Source: Podarcis melisellensis
Lineage: Eukaryota
Length of the DNA stretch: 64,000 nucleotides
Assembly (NCBI GenBank): GCA_964234715.1
Contig: OZ174277.1
Strand: one strand, 5' to 3'
Numbering within the stretch: position 1 is the first letter of the stretch; each line of letters starts with the position of its first letter. The notes below the pieces were generated by a model, which did not search any database, was not told where the DNA came from, and saw only the letters and a program-made list of their open reading frames with translations. Made by a program: the position numbers and the translations under genes. Shown here piece by piece: positions 63,960 to 64,000 of the stretch.

Positions 63960-64000
63960 CATGGGTAGGCAAACTAAGGCCCAGGGGCCAGATCTGGCCA
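63960..64000. mobile_element. hAT element end (family of 9526-9848), truncated by the window edge
   Basis: CATGGGTAGGCAAACTAAGGCC is the reverse complement of the terminus at 9827-9848. Confidence 0.7.

Noticed and set aside
1-64000. Remaining 60-160 aa ORFs in the track; CRISPR arrays, tRNA or rRNA genes
   Set aside because: The ORFs derive from repeats or random frames. There are no spaced repeat arrays, and tRNA-like boxes belong to SINE heads.

Overview
Vertebrate (squamate, probably lacertid lizard; inferred from Sauria SINEs, BovB and the MITE families) genomic DNA. It contains the complete 7-exon OGFRL1 gene on the minus strand (CDS 61953->50159, about 536 aa, CpG-island promoter) and the mir-30c-2 hairpin on the plus strand (12234-12297), matching the mammalian neighbourhood. 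The rest is non-coding DNA rich in repeats (Sauria SINEs, BovB, L2, Tigger-like and hAT MITEs, a Penelope-like fragment, microsatellites). The standout is a very young 3,994-bp Ty1/Copia LTR element (24346-28339) with identical 484-bp LTRs, a 5-bp TSD, a tRNA-iMet PBS and a PPT. Its single intact 894-aa ORF encodes Gag, protease and a catalytically degenerate integrase, with no RT or RNase H, so it looks like a recently mobile, protein-coding non-autonomous 'satellite' retroelement. All calls are from reading the sequence; no database search was run.
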